From Gemmatimonadota bacterium (GTDB lineage: Bacteria; Gemmatimonadota; Gemmatimonadetes; Palauibacterales; Palauibacteraceae), in contig OY762926.1 of NCBI GenBank assembly GCA_963666735.1, forward strand, positions 3,200,001-3,264,000: a stretch of DNA of 64,000 bases. The letters are read 5' to 3'. The translations under genes and the position numbers were made by a program. Of the stretch, positions 19,527 through 27,884 are shown in pieces; the first letter of the stretch is position 1; every line of letters begins with the position of its first letter. The notes beneath the pieces were generated by a model. It did not search any database, was not told the DNA's origin, and saw only the letters and a program-made list of their open reading frames with translations.

Positions 19527-20923
19527 TGCGCGATGATCGGCCGGACCACGGAGCTACGCCGGAGGACTCGAACGGGGATAGCCTCCGTTGGATCGAGGAC
19601 CCGAACTGGAGTCCCGGTTGGCCGGCCCAGTACGCCCGGGAAGCCGGTGGCCAGTGGACCGCCGCACACCGCCGGCTGATCGCCAAGCTTCGCGCCGAGG
19701 GTGCACAGTACATCAACCGGAAGCTGGACAACCTCCGCTCCCAGCTCGGTGTCCCTCACAACGGCTGGACCTTCGACCGGACTCAGGGCCCCGCTCAAGT
19801 CGTCATGGACGCCCAGGATGCATTGAAGCGTCTCCAACTTCGCGCTCAGGCCAACCGGACCGACAGGCAACGACTCCGCGATTTGCCCTCACTCGCGACC
19901 CCCGTATCCGAGGGACCGCGCAAACCGACCACTCAGGAGTGGTGGAAGCTTTCGGCCATTCTGGGCGTCTGCATCGCGATCGAGGCTGTTGCGAACAGTT
20001 ATCTGCTGGCGTCGGCGTTGACCACCGGCCTCGTCGGCGCCTTCATCACCGCCATCGTGGTCTCCTTCCTGAACGTCGGAGCCCTCGGCGCCGGCATCGG
20101 CCTGCTGTTGTCGGCGCTCCGCCGCCGGGCGGCCCAGAACGGTCTGTTCTATGGTTGCGTGGCTGCGTGGGGAGCCGCCGCTCTCCTCCTCAACCTTCTC
20201 GTTGGCCGGCACCGGGAGGCGTTTGCCCGCCTGATCGACGCGAGAGAGGAACAGATGAGCGCCGCCATCGAAACGAATATGGCGACGGCCACCGAGATGG
20301 CGTCGACGATTCCCTATATCCCGTCATCGTGGCAATTCGAATCGCTCCTCTTCTTCTGCCTCGGCATCGCGCTCTGCGTCTTCGGTTTCTTCAAGGGATA
20401 TACGTTTATCGGAGCGGGAGATCCGCATCACGCGCGACGCGAACTCGACAACGAGAAAGCAGCGATTCTGAGCGAGTACCACTCGCTGTCCGAGCGCTAC
20501 CGGGGGCGCTTGACCCAGGAGCTGCGGGCGAGCGTCGCGGGGTGGGTCGAGACCCTGGACCAGGCATGGCAGAACGCGATCAACGAACAGGAGGACCTGA
20601 AGGCCAATTGGTCCGGGGGGTCGCTGCTGGCGCGAGTGGAGACGCTGTTCATAGCCGCCTACAACGACTCGCATGCGACGAAGATCGATCAGGCGATGCT
20701 CGACGAACACCGGGACCAGGCGGACATCGACATTTCCTTCCCCGCGACACCGGCGGACGAGCAGGTGCCCGACGATGCGCGTGACATCATCCGCAGATGG
20801 ACCGACACGGACCAGAAGGCGTTCTTCGAGGACATCCACGAGCAAACGAGGGCGGTCGACGGAGTCTGGACGGACTACAGACCCTTGATCGTGGATGAAC
20901 TGGCCGGAACCGAACAGTCATGA
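19527..20923 (+). CDS. Hypothetical membrane protein (about 4 TM segments plus long helical domains)
   Basis: AAGGAGG RBS before ATG 19527; hydrophobic helices in the central part; ATGA overlap with the next gene. Confidence 0.75.
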
Positions 20924-21713
20924 GTTCGACATCGGACGCGGGCAGTGGATCGTCGCTGCTTTGGAAGGGCATCCTCGTCGTCATCGTCCTCGGTCTGTTC
21001 TACGCGGGGTATCGACTGTGGTACGCCGACCAGCTCCGGGTCCACTATGCGGATGGATTCTGCCCCCGGGGAACGTGGCCTCAGGAGCGGGAGGGCGTGG
21101 TCGTCCCCGGGCATACGGTGATCCTGATCGACACGTCGGATGAGATCACGCCGGAGGATGCGGAGGCGGCATTCGACCGGATCGACCATTGGTCGCGCGA
21201 TACCTCCAGGCCCCGTTCCTGCAGAAGATATCCATCTACGGCCTGCCGGAGTCGATGGCGGCGATGCCGGAACAGAGCGGGCGGTCGTGGTGCATCCCCA
21301 GGCCCGGCGCCATGGCGAACGTCCTGTATGAGAACCCCAGAGCAGTGGAGATCGAGTTCCGGCGGTTCCTGCGTGGCGTGAAGACGGAACTCGATTCCCT
21401 GAGGCAGAGGGAACAGGCGGCACAATCCCCCATCGCGGAGACGATGGCGCACCTCGCGCAGCAGCACGAAGATCTCGACTCGTTCGTGCTGGTTTCGGAC
21501 ATGCTGCAGCATTCGACGCTGGCGACGCACTATGGTGGCGATACGTCCCTGACGCCGGAGGCCAGGAGCGAGTGCGAAACGATGTCAGGTGCAGGTCGAC
21601 TGAGGTCCGTGTGGGTGTACTACGTCGACCGGAAACTCGAGGTGCAGGGTAACCTGTGGCCCACGGCCTGGTGGGCCGAGTGTCTCAATGGGGTCCAGGC
21701 ACAGACTCTTTGA
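20920..21713 (+). pseudogene. Membrane-anchored VWA-like protein split by a 1-nt frameshift near 21203 (or a sequencing error)
   Basis: Frame 1 gives TM + HTVILIDTSD ... HWSRDT; the -1 frame continues LQAPFLQKISIY ... SPIAETM ... FVLVSDMLQHS; one extra C in ACCTCCAG would join them. Confidence 0.7.
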
Positions 21714-21732
21714 GATGTGACCTTGAGAGGGC

Positions 21733-21801
21733 GGGTCAGCGGCCCCGGGTCTGGATCGTCTGCTTCATGTCCGAGAGTTCGGAGACCACCTTCTGGTGGA
21801 G
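21733..21801 (-). repeat. Diverged copy of the 3' end of the gene at 25024-25368
   Basis: 62/69 nt match to 25021-25089 by manual alignment; encodes LHQKVVSELSDMKQTIQTRGR*. Confidence 0.95.
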
Positions 21802-21877
21802 CCCTGCGGAGGGATATTTCGGCAGGCACGTGCGGCGCCAGCGCCGCCTGCTCCGCACCGCGCTGCGTCTGGACTGA
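21800..21877 (+). repeat. Diverged copy of the sucA 3' end
   Basis: 21800-21864 matches 19194-19258 at 60/65 nt; encodes SPAEGYFGRHVRRQRRLLRTALRLD*. Confidence 0.95.
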
Positions 21878-22323
21878 AACGCGCGCCACGGGCCGCTTGG
21901 CTTGAAACCGCCGGCCGCTTGATAGCACCTTGATCTGCAGCTGGAGGTTCTTGGGACCGAGGCTTCGGCCGGTGGGCCGCTTGCCGCACGGAACCTCCAA
22001 CGGGAGTCGTCAGAGGATGGGGCTGGATGTGATCATCGCGCTCGTTACCATATTCGTGGCTATCGTCGGCGTCGGCGTCACGCTGGCTGGTCTCACGCGC
22101 AAGCTCGGAGAGAACATCAACGGTGTACGCGACGAGCTTCGGGGCGACATCAACGGTGTACGCGACGAGCTTCGGGGCGACATCAACGGTGTACGCGATG
22201 AGCTTTGGAGCTGTCCCGCTTTCACGGACGGTTAGTTTCTGTGGTTGATCGCCTCCGGTTCTTCTCCTTTCAGCCTCCCTCAGGCGCTCGGGAGAGGATG
22301 TCGGTGTGCGCCGCGGGTGCGCC

Positions 22324-23172
22324 TCAGGCCGCATGGTTGCTCTCGTAGTCGGCCGGCGACTCGTAGCCGAGTGCCGAGTGCAGCCGCCGGGTGTTGTAGA
22401 AGCCCTCGATGAAGCCGAAGACCTCCCGTCGCGCCTCGTCCGCCGTGCGGAACGAGCGCTTCCAGATCAGCTCGCACTCGAGGGTGGCGAAGAAGCTCTC
22501 GCACATGGCGTTGTCGTACGCATCGCCCGCCGAGCCCATGGACTGGGCGATGCCCGACTCGCGGCAGCGCTCCCCGAAGGCGAGCGAGGTGTACTGCGAG
22601 CCCCTGTCGGAATGATGCACGACACGACCCTCGGGACGACGCCTTGCGAGAGCCATCGCCAGCGCGGTCTCGACGAGCTCGGTCCGCATGTGCGTCGCCA
22701 TGGCCCAGCCGACGACGCGGCGGCTCCAGACGTCGAGCACGACGGCCAGATACAGCCAGCCAGCCCACGTGGGGACGTAGGTGATGTCGGCCACCCACAG
22801 CTCGTCGGGCCCCGAGGCCGAGAAGTCACGGTCCACCAGGTCCGGCGCGGGGCGGGCCTCGGCATCCCTCTTCGTCGTCGCCGTCTTGAAGCGCCGCCTG
22901 GTCGCGCCCTCGATCTCCAGCCCCCTCATCAGCCGCCCCACGCGCTTCTGCCCCACCCGCTCGCCCTCGGCCCTGAGCGCCGCGTGGATCCGCGGACGGC
23001 CGTACGTCTCGCCGCTGCCGGTCCATATCTTCGCGATCCGCGCCTCCAGTTCCGCGTCCCGACGCGCGCGGTCCGAGGGAGGACGCCTCAACCAGTCGTA
23101 GTAGCCGCTGGGGGAGAGACCCAGCACCCGGCACATGGCCCGAAGCGGGAACTCGGCCCGGTGCGCCCTCAT
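22324..23172 (-). CDS. IS3 transposase OrfB
   Basis: Identical protein to 12356-13204. Confidence 0.95.
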   Translation of the reverse strand: MRAHRAEFPLRAMCRVLGLSPSGYYDWLRRPPSDRARRDAELEARIAKIWTGSGETYGRPRIHAALRAEGERVGQKRVGRLMRGLEIEGATRRRFKTATTKRDAEARPAPDLVDRDFSASGPDELWVADITYVPTWAGWLYLAVVLDVWSRRVVGWAMATHMRTELVETALAMALARRRPEGRVVHHSDRGSQYTSLAFGERCRESGIAQSMGSAGDAYDNAMCESFFATLECELIWKRSFRTADEARREVFGFIEGFYNTRRLHSALGYESPADYESNHAA

Positions 23173-23483
23173 GAACGCATACCCCCGCCGGGGATCGATC
23201 CGCTCTCCCTCGCGAACCAGGCCGCGGCTTTTTTTAGGATGTCGCGCTCCATCCTGAGCCGCTTGTTCTCCCGCTCCAGGCGCCGCAGCTCGCTGCGCGC
23301 CTCCGTTGTCAGCCCGTCGCTACGGAACCCCTCGTCCACATCCGCCTGCCGGACCCAGTTCCGGATCGTCTGCTCCGACGGCTCGAACTTCCGGGCGAGT
23401 GACGCGGCACTACGCCCGCCCCTCACCAGTTCCACCAGCCGCTCCCTGTACTCGGATGGATACCGCCCCTTCCGGCCCGCCAT
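23169..23483 (-). CDS. IS3 transposase OrfA
   Basis: Identical protein to 13201-13515. Confidence 0.93.
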   Translation of the reverse strand: MAGRKGRYPSEYRERLVELVRGGRSAASLARKFEPSEQTIRNWVRQADVDEGFRSDGLTTEARSELRRLERENKRLRMERDILKKAAAWFARESGSIPGGGMRS

Positions 23484-23821
23484 GGAACACCTCCTTGCTT
23501 GACCCCAATGGATAGGTGTCCGTCAAAGCGGGGCAACTCCACTTCGGGGCGACATCAACGGTGTACGCGACGAGCTTCGGGGTGACATCAACGGTGTACG
23601 CGACGAGCTTCGAGGCGATATCAAGGGCTTGCGCGGTGAGATGGCGACCCTGCGCGCCGAGCTTCGAGGCGACATCAAGGGTGTGCGGGCCGAACTCGGC
23701 GGCCGAATCGATGCGGTCGCCGCCGAACTGACCAGGACGCGCATAGCGGTGGCCAGGATCGAGGGCAGCGTGTTGGGCGTTCCGCTGCCGGACACCGGCA
23801 CGGATCCGGCCTGACCGGCCG

Positions 23822-24151
23822 CTACCGCTGAGCAGCGCTTCCTGACCGCAACAGCACATGGGCCCGTTCGATCTCGCGGTGGAAGCGTTCGGGGAGGCGG
23901 GCCCAATCGTGTACTTCGACGAGGAAGGGGATCGAGGAGTCCTGCAGCGCTTCGACGAATTCCGCGAAACAGCGGATTGGAATCTCTTGGAGATTCGGGC
24001 CGCGGAGCACCAGGTCGAGATCGCTGCCCTCGTGACTCCGCCCGGTGACGCGGCTGCCGTAGGCCCAGACTTCCACGTCGGGCAAGTGTTCGCGCAGCAG
24101 GGCCTCGATCACCGTCCGGTGCCGGCTCCGGAGGTGCAGCCGGTCAGCCAT
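23822..24151 (-). CDS. mntA: Minimal nucleotidyltransferase antitoxin (MNT)
   Basis: VWAYGSRVTGRSHEGSDLDLVL (GSx10DxD); overlaps the stop of the HEPN gene. Confidence 0.88.
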   Translation of the reverse strand: MADRLHLRSRHRTVIEALLREHLPDVEVWAYGSRVTGRSHEGSDLDLVLRGPNLQEIPIRCFAEFVEALQDSSIPFLVEVHDWARLPERFHREIERAHVLLRSGSAAQR

Positions 24152-24566
24152 CCCCCGCTTCCTCGATGGCGGATGCGAGCGCCCGGGCGTCCGCGACAAA
24201 GCCGGGCAGCAGCCGCAGCGTCGCCTCGGCGAAGTCCTTTCCGTAGTCGTGCGCGGTCTTGTTCCGGTTGTCCCTGTACAGGAGCCAGCGCTCGGCGGCC
24301 TCGACATCGATGAGGTCGTGCTTGGCGGCGTGCCTGAAGAGGTCCTTGAAGACAAGGCGGTCGGCCTGCCGGTTGCTGGCGAAGAACGCGGCGAGCCGCT
24401 TCCGAAGGAGCTTGCCGCTCTGTTCCAACACAAGTTCGAATTCCTTCACGCATGCGGCGCGAAAGATGTCGTAGGCGATATCGCCCGGCTCGCAGCGCGC
24501 CAGTTCCTCAAACGCGCGTTCCAGGCTGTCGATACAACGCCTGAGAAACGTCGTGTCGATGCTCAT
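24144..24566 (-). CDS. hepT: HEPN toxin / nucleotidyltransferase substrate-binding protein (HI0074 family)
   Basis: ACVKEFELVLEQSGKLL and RNKTAHDY (RX4HXY) motifs; GGAGGAG RBS. Confidence 0.9.
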   Translation of the reverse strand: MSIDTTFLRRCIDSLERAFEELARCEPGDIAYDIFRAACVKEFELVLEQSGKLLRKRLAAFFASNRQADRLVFKDLFRHAAKHDLIDVEAAERWLLYRDNRNKTAHDYGKDFAEATLRLLPGFVADARALASAIEEAGDG

Positions 24567-24588
24567 GCCGGCGTGGCTCCTCCGTCCC

Positions 24589-24900
24589 TCATAACTCGGA
24601 GGGAGTGAGTAACGGGATAACTCGCCGTCCCCTCTGCCGGTAGATGTGGAAGTCGGAATCGAGCGTCATGACCGAAGCGTGCTCCGTCAACTCGACGATC
24701 CTCACCAGGCACGCGCTGCACTGGAAGACTCGGATCGGCGCCGAAGCACCGGAGGATGAACGAAGTCTCGGACAGGACCGCTTCGCAGGTAAGCAGCGGC
24801 GCCTTCAGCGTGTCGAACTGCCGTCGCGCCCAATCATGCCGCATCTCACCACGGTCGATCAGCGCGACGACGGGGCCCGTGTCAACGACTACGGTTGGCG
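24589..24900 (-). pseudogene. PIN-domain (VapC) toxin with an internal deletion/frameshift and no clear start
   Basis: VVVDTGPVVAL ... TCEAVLSE in one frame; LVRIVE ... VMTLDSDFHIYR ... IPLLTP in another; the central part is missing. Confidence 0.8.
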
Positions 24901-25023
24901 GCAACGTAGTCGGCGTCAACGAGCATGGCCTCTTCGAGCAACTCCGGGGTCGGAACTCGGAGTCGCGGTCGAGTGCTTCGCCAAGAATCTCGCGCAACTG
25001 GGGGATCCAAGAAAGCGGAGGGG

Positions 25024-25368
25024 TCAGCGGATCCGGGTCTGGATCGTCCGCTTCATGTCCGACAACTCGGAGACCACTTTCTGGTGGAGAACGCCGAGGG
25101 CCTGGCTGTTGCCGTCCTCCTCGGAGTCGGAGAGTTCCTCCAGACGCGTCTTCGCTCCATCGTACTTGCGCTCCAGCCGGTCGATCATGGCCATGATCTG
25201 CACTTTTCGGCCGGCGCGGGCCTCGCGGAGCTTCACCCTCAGCTCCTCGGCCCCTTCGCGGTACTTCTCGACCGTCGCGGTCGTCCGCTGCAGCATCTGC
25301 TCGTAGTTGTCGGAAAGCTCCATCCAAACCGCCTCGGTCAAGAACTTCGCGGTGCGACGCCTCGCCAC
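25024..25368 (-). CDS. Small helical/coiled-coil hypothetical protein
   Basis: 114-aa charged helical ORF after actF; its duplicated 3' end shows several synonymous changes, supporting coding status. Confidence 0.75.
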   Translation of the reverse strand: MARRRTAKFLTEAVWMELSDNYEQMLQRTTATVEKYREGAEELRVKLREARAGRKVQIMAMIDRLERKYDGAKTRLEELSDSEEDGNSQALGVLHQKVVSELSDMKRTIQTRIR

Positions 25369-25474
25369 ACCGGCATGGTTCGCACCGTCACCTCATACTG
25401 CCAGCATCTGAAAATAGAGGCCGGAGGCCGGCCGGGGCACCCCCTGTCGTCCGCGGGCGCCGCCGGGCTGCCGC

Positions 25475-26755
25475 CTAGGGGCCGCGGCCGGGACTCCCCA
25501 GCGCGATCGTCTCGCGCAGCGGGACCTTCGGGAAGGTCGTCGAGTAGGCGCTGTATGCCAGCGCGAACAGGCCGAGGAAGCCGGCCGAGATCATCGCTTC
25601 CGGCACGCCGAGCGGCAGTCCCTCCCCGTGCCAGATCGACGGCGCCACCATGTTCCAGCGTTCGACCCAGAAGCCGATCAGGATCAGCAGTCCGACGAAC
25701 GCCAGCCAGCGCGAACTCATCTTCGGGCTCCGTCCCAGGAGGAAGGGGAAGGGGAGAGCGAAGATGAGCACCATCTGGAGCCAGAACATCCAGCCGAAGG
25801 CGCCCGTCGAGCGAGGCATGAAGAAGTTCGTCTCGCGCGGGATGTTGCCGTACCAGATCACGAGATACTGGGCGAACCAGAGGTAGGTCCAGAACGCCAC
25901 GAAGGCGAACGTCAGCTTGCCGAGGTCGTGGAAATCGTACTTGCCCCACAGCTGCATCCCGCCGGCTCGTCCGTTGGTGCGGTGGGCCACGATCGCGACC
26001 AGCGCCAGCATGCCGAGCCAGCCGCCGATGAAGTAGTACGGCCCCCACACCATGCTCATGAACCCCGGCGTGAGCGACATCCCGAAGTCGAACGCCAGGA
26101 GCGAGAAGACCACCGCCCAGCTCAGGATCAACACGGCGGACAGCCGCCCGATCCGGTTGCGGCAGCGCTCGACCTCCACGTCGTCTCCGCGCCAACCCCG
26201 GGCGAAGAGGGAGACCACGGCCTTGCGCCAGCCCCGATTCTCGGCGGCGACCAGCGGCGCGTCGGCCCGGATCGAGTAGAAGAGCCACACGAAGCCGAGC
26301 AGGTAGAGCACCGCGAGCAGGACCCCGTTTCGCAGGAAGACGCCCTCGAGCGTCAGCCAGTCGCGGTTCAGGTGCGATGTCTCCACGGGCCCGATCCAGG
26401 GGAAGACGTGCTCGGCCCCGAGCCGGAGCGTGAAGAACAAGGCGAAGGAGATGGGGAGGAAGGCCCCCGCCGCCTCGGCCAGCCGGCGGAATTTCTTGCC
26501 CCAGTGACCCTTCGCGACCTGGAGGACGGCCCCGAACACGACGCCCGCCATCGAGATCGCCGTCCAGAAGAGGAAGTTCGACCACACGCTCATCCAGGCG
26601 CGCTGCGCGTCCCCGCCGACCGTCGTCGCGAAGCCCGCGGCCCCGATCGCGACGGCCGCCAGCCACACGGCGAGCCATACCGTCGGAATGCGGCCGCTGA
26701 TCGTCTTCAGCGCCTCGCCCGTGGTGAGCGTCGGACGGCCGTCGTCGCCGCTCAC
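25475..26755 (-). CDS. actF: Alternative complex III subunit F (NrfD-like membrane protein)
   Basis: About 10 TMs; HDLGKLTFAF, FWTYLWFAQYLVIWYGNIPRE signature; GTG overlapping the actE stop. Confidence 0.9.
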   Translation of the reverse strand: MSGDDGRPTLTTGEALKTISGRIPTVWLAVWLAAVAIGAAGFATTVGGDAQRAWMSVWSNFLFWTAISMAGVVFGAVLQVAKGHWGKKFRRLAEAAGAFLPISFALFFTLRLGAEHVFPWIGPVETSHLNRDWLTLEGVFLRNGVLLAVLYLLGFVWLFYSIRADAPLVAAENRGWRKAVVSLFARGWRGDDVEVERCRNRIGRLSAVLILSWAVVFSLLAFDFGMSLTPGFMSMVWGPYYFIGGWLGMLALVAIVAHRTNGRAGGMQLWGKYDFHDLGKLTFAFVAFWTYLWFAQYLVIWYGNIPRETNFFMPRSTGAFGWMFWLQMVLIFALPFPFLLGRSPKMSSRWLAFVGLLILIGFWVERWNMVAPSIWHGEGLPLGVPEAMISAGFLGLFALAYSAYSTTFPKVPLRETIALGSPGRGP

Positions 26756-27384
26756 TGTCCGCCACCCGTGCCGGGCGTCTCGCCCGTTGCGCCCGTTTCC
26801 GCCTCGGTCGCCGCTGCTTCGGCCGCTGCCGCCTCGGCCTCGGCCGCCGCCGCTTCCTCGGCCATCGCTTCTGCCTGCAGCTGCCGCACGTACGCGACCA
26901 GATACCAGCGGTCCATGGCGGGGATGCGCCGGTAGGGCGGCATCAGCCCGCGTCCGTTCGCGATCATGCCCCAGATGTAGCCGTCCGTGTATCCGCGCGT
27001 GAGCTCGCCGCGGATGTTGAGGAGGGGGATGTTCGGGATCCGGTTCTGTCCCACGACCGAGCCGTCGCCCGCCCCCGTCACGCCGTGACAGGGAGTGCAG
27101 AACTGGTTGTACAGTTCCGCGCCCCGGGCCAGGCCGGCTTCGGTGCCGGAGATCGGGCTGACGAGCATGGAGTCGGCCGCCATCAGGTCGTACGTGCGCT
27201 CGCCGTCGATCGGCATCGTGCCGGGCACCGGCGTCCGCGCCCGCTCCTCGAAGGCCTCCACCGAGGGCTGCCACGACATCGTGTTGAAGAACGGCGTGCG
27301 CTGCTCCAGATGCTTGATCTGGTCGTCGCAGGCGCCCGCCGCGAGGGCCGTGAGCAGCACGGCCACCGTCGCCCGGCCGCTCAT
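26752..27384 (-). CDS. actE: Alternative complex III subunit E (monoheme cytochrome c lipoprotein)
   Basis: Lipobox AAGAC, CTPCH heme site, GLMP distal Met, DRWYLVAYVR. Confidence 0.92.
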   Translation of the reverse strand: MSGRATVAVLLTALAAGACDDQIKHLEQRTPFFNTMSWQPSVEAFEERARTPVPGTMPIDGERTYDLMAADSMLVSPISGTEAGLARGAELYNQFCTPCHGVTGAGDGSVVGQNRIPNIPLLNIRGELTRGYTDGYIWGMIANGRGLMPPYRRIPAMDRWYLVAYVRQLQAEAMAEEAAAAEAEAAAAEAAATEAETGATGETPGTGGGQ

Positions 27385-27884
27385 CCCTGCACCTCGACGT
27401 CCACGGCGGCGGTATCCCGCACCAGCGCCTCGGCGGCGGCGCTGCCTTCGCCGTTGGCCGGGACGAAGATCCCCCAGCGGTCGACCGAGAAGGACGTGCG
27501 ATAGGCCGGGTCGAGCTTGATCACCGGCCGCTTCGTGTGCACGAGCAGCGCGACCAGCCCGAAGATCCCCGTGAGCAGCACCGTGAGTTCGAACATGAAA
27601 ATGACGAACGGGGGCAGCGACACGAGCGGCTTGCCCTGCGTGACGAGCGGATAGGCCAGCGACGTGCCCGCCGTGAGCAGCAGCCCGAGCGTGCAGCCGG
27701 TGATCGCGCCCGTCAGCGCCCACACCCGCACCGGCGAGGAGTGGATGTCCATCGCCTCCTCGATCTCCGGCGACGGTATCGGCGAGAAGACCTCGATGTC
27801 GCGGTGTCCCGCCTCCCGCAGCCGCGCGATGGCGTCGAGCGTGCCGGGCAGCGTGTCGTACTGCCCCAGGACGCCGCTACTCAT
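27381..27884 (-). CDS. actD: Alternative complex III subunit D (DUF3341)
   Basis: VFSPIP, two TMs, GKPLVSLPPFVIFMFELTVL. Confidence 0.92.
   Translation of the reverse strand: MSSGVLGQYDTLPGTLDAIARLREAGHRDIEVFSPIPSPEIEEAMDIHSSPVRVWALTGAITGCTLGLLLTAGTSLAYPLVTQGKPLVSLPPFVIFMFELTVLLTGIFGLVALLVHTKRPVIKLDPAYRTSFSVDRWGIFVPANGEGSAAAEALVRDTAAVDVEVQG

Larger units (their letters stand above)
22206..23541 (-). mobile_element. IS3-family insertion sequence, copy 2 (1336 bp)
   Basis: Same IRs and identical ORF translations as 12238-13573 (offset 9968); target duplication CTT. Confidence 0.97.
22114..23690 (+). repeat. 33-bp tandem repeat ACATCAACGGTGTACGCGACGAGCTTCGGGGCG (5 near-perfect plus degenerate copies), split by the IS
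   Basis: Three copies at 22114-22205, two more plus degenerate ones after 23542. Confidence 0.9.
22017..23814 (+). pseudogene. TM-anchored 11-aa-repeat (hendecad coiled-coil) protein interrupted by IS3 copy 2
   Basis: MGLDVIIALVTIFVAIVGVGVTLAGL then (INGVRDELRGD)n; the frame is restored on removing 22206-23541 plus one CTT. Confidence 0.85.

Noticed and set aside
12238..23541. Composite transposon formed by the two identical IS3 copies carrying sucA
   Set aside because: Each copy has its own target duplication (CTG/CTG and CTT/CTT), so they inserted independently
22114..23690. 33-bp repeats as a CRISPR array
   Set aside because: The repeats are contiguous with no spacers, in frame (11 aa), and no cas genes are present
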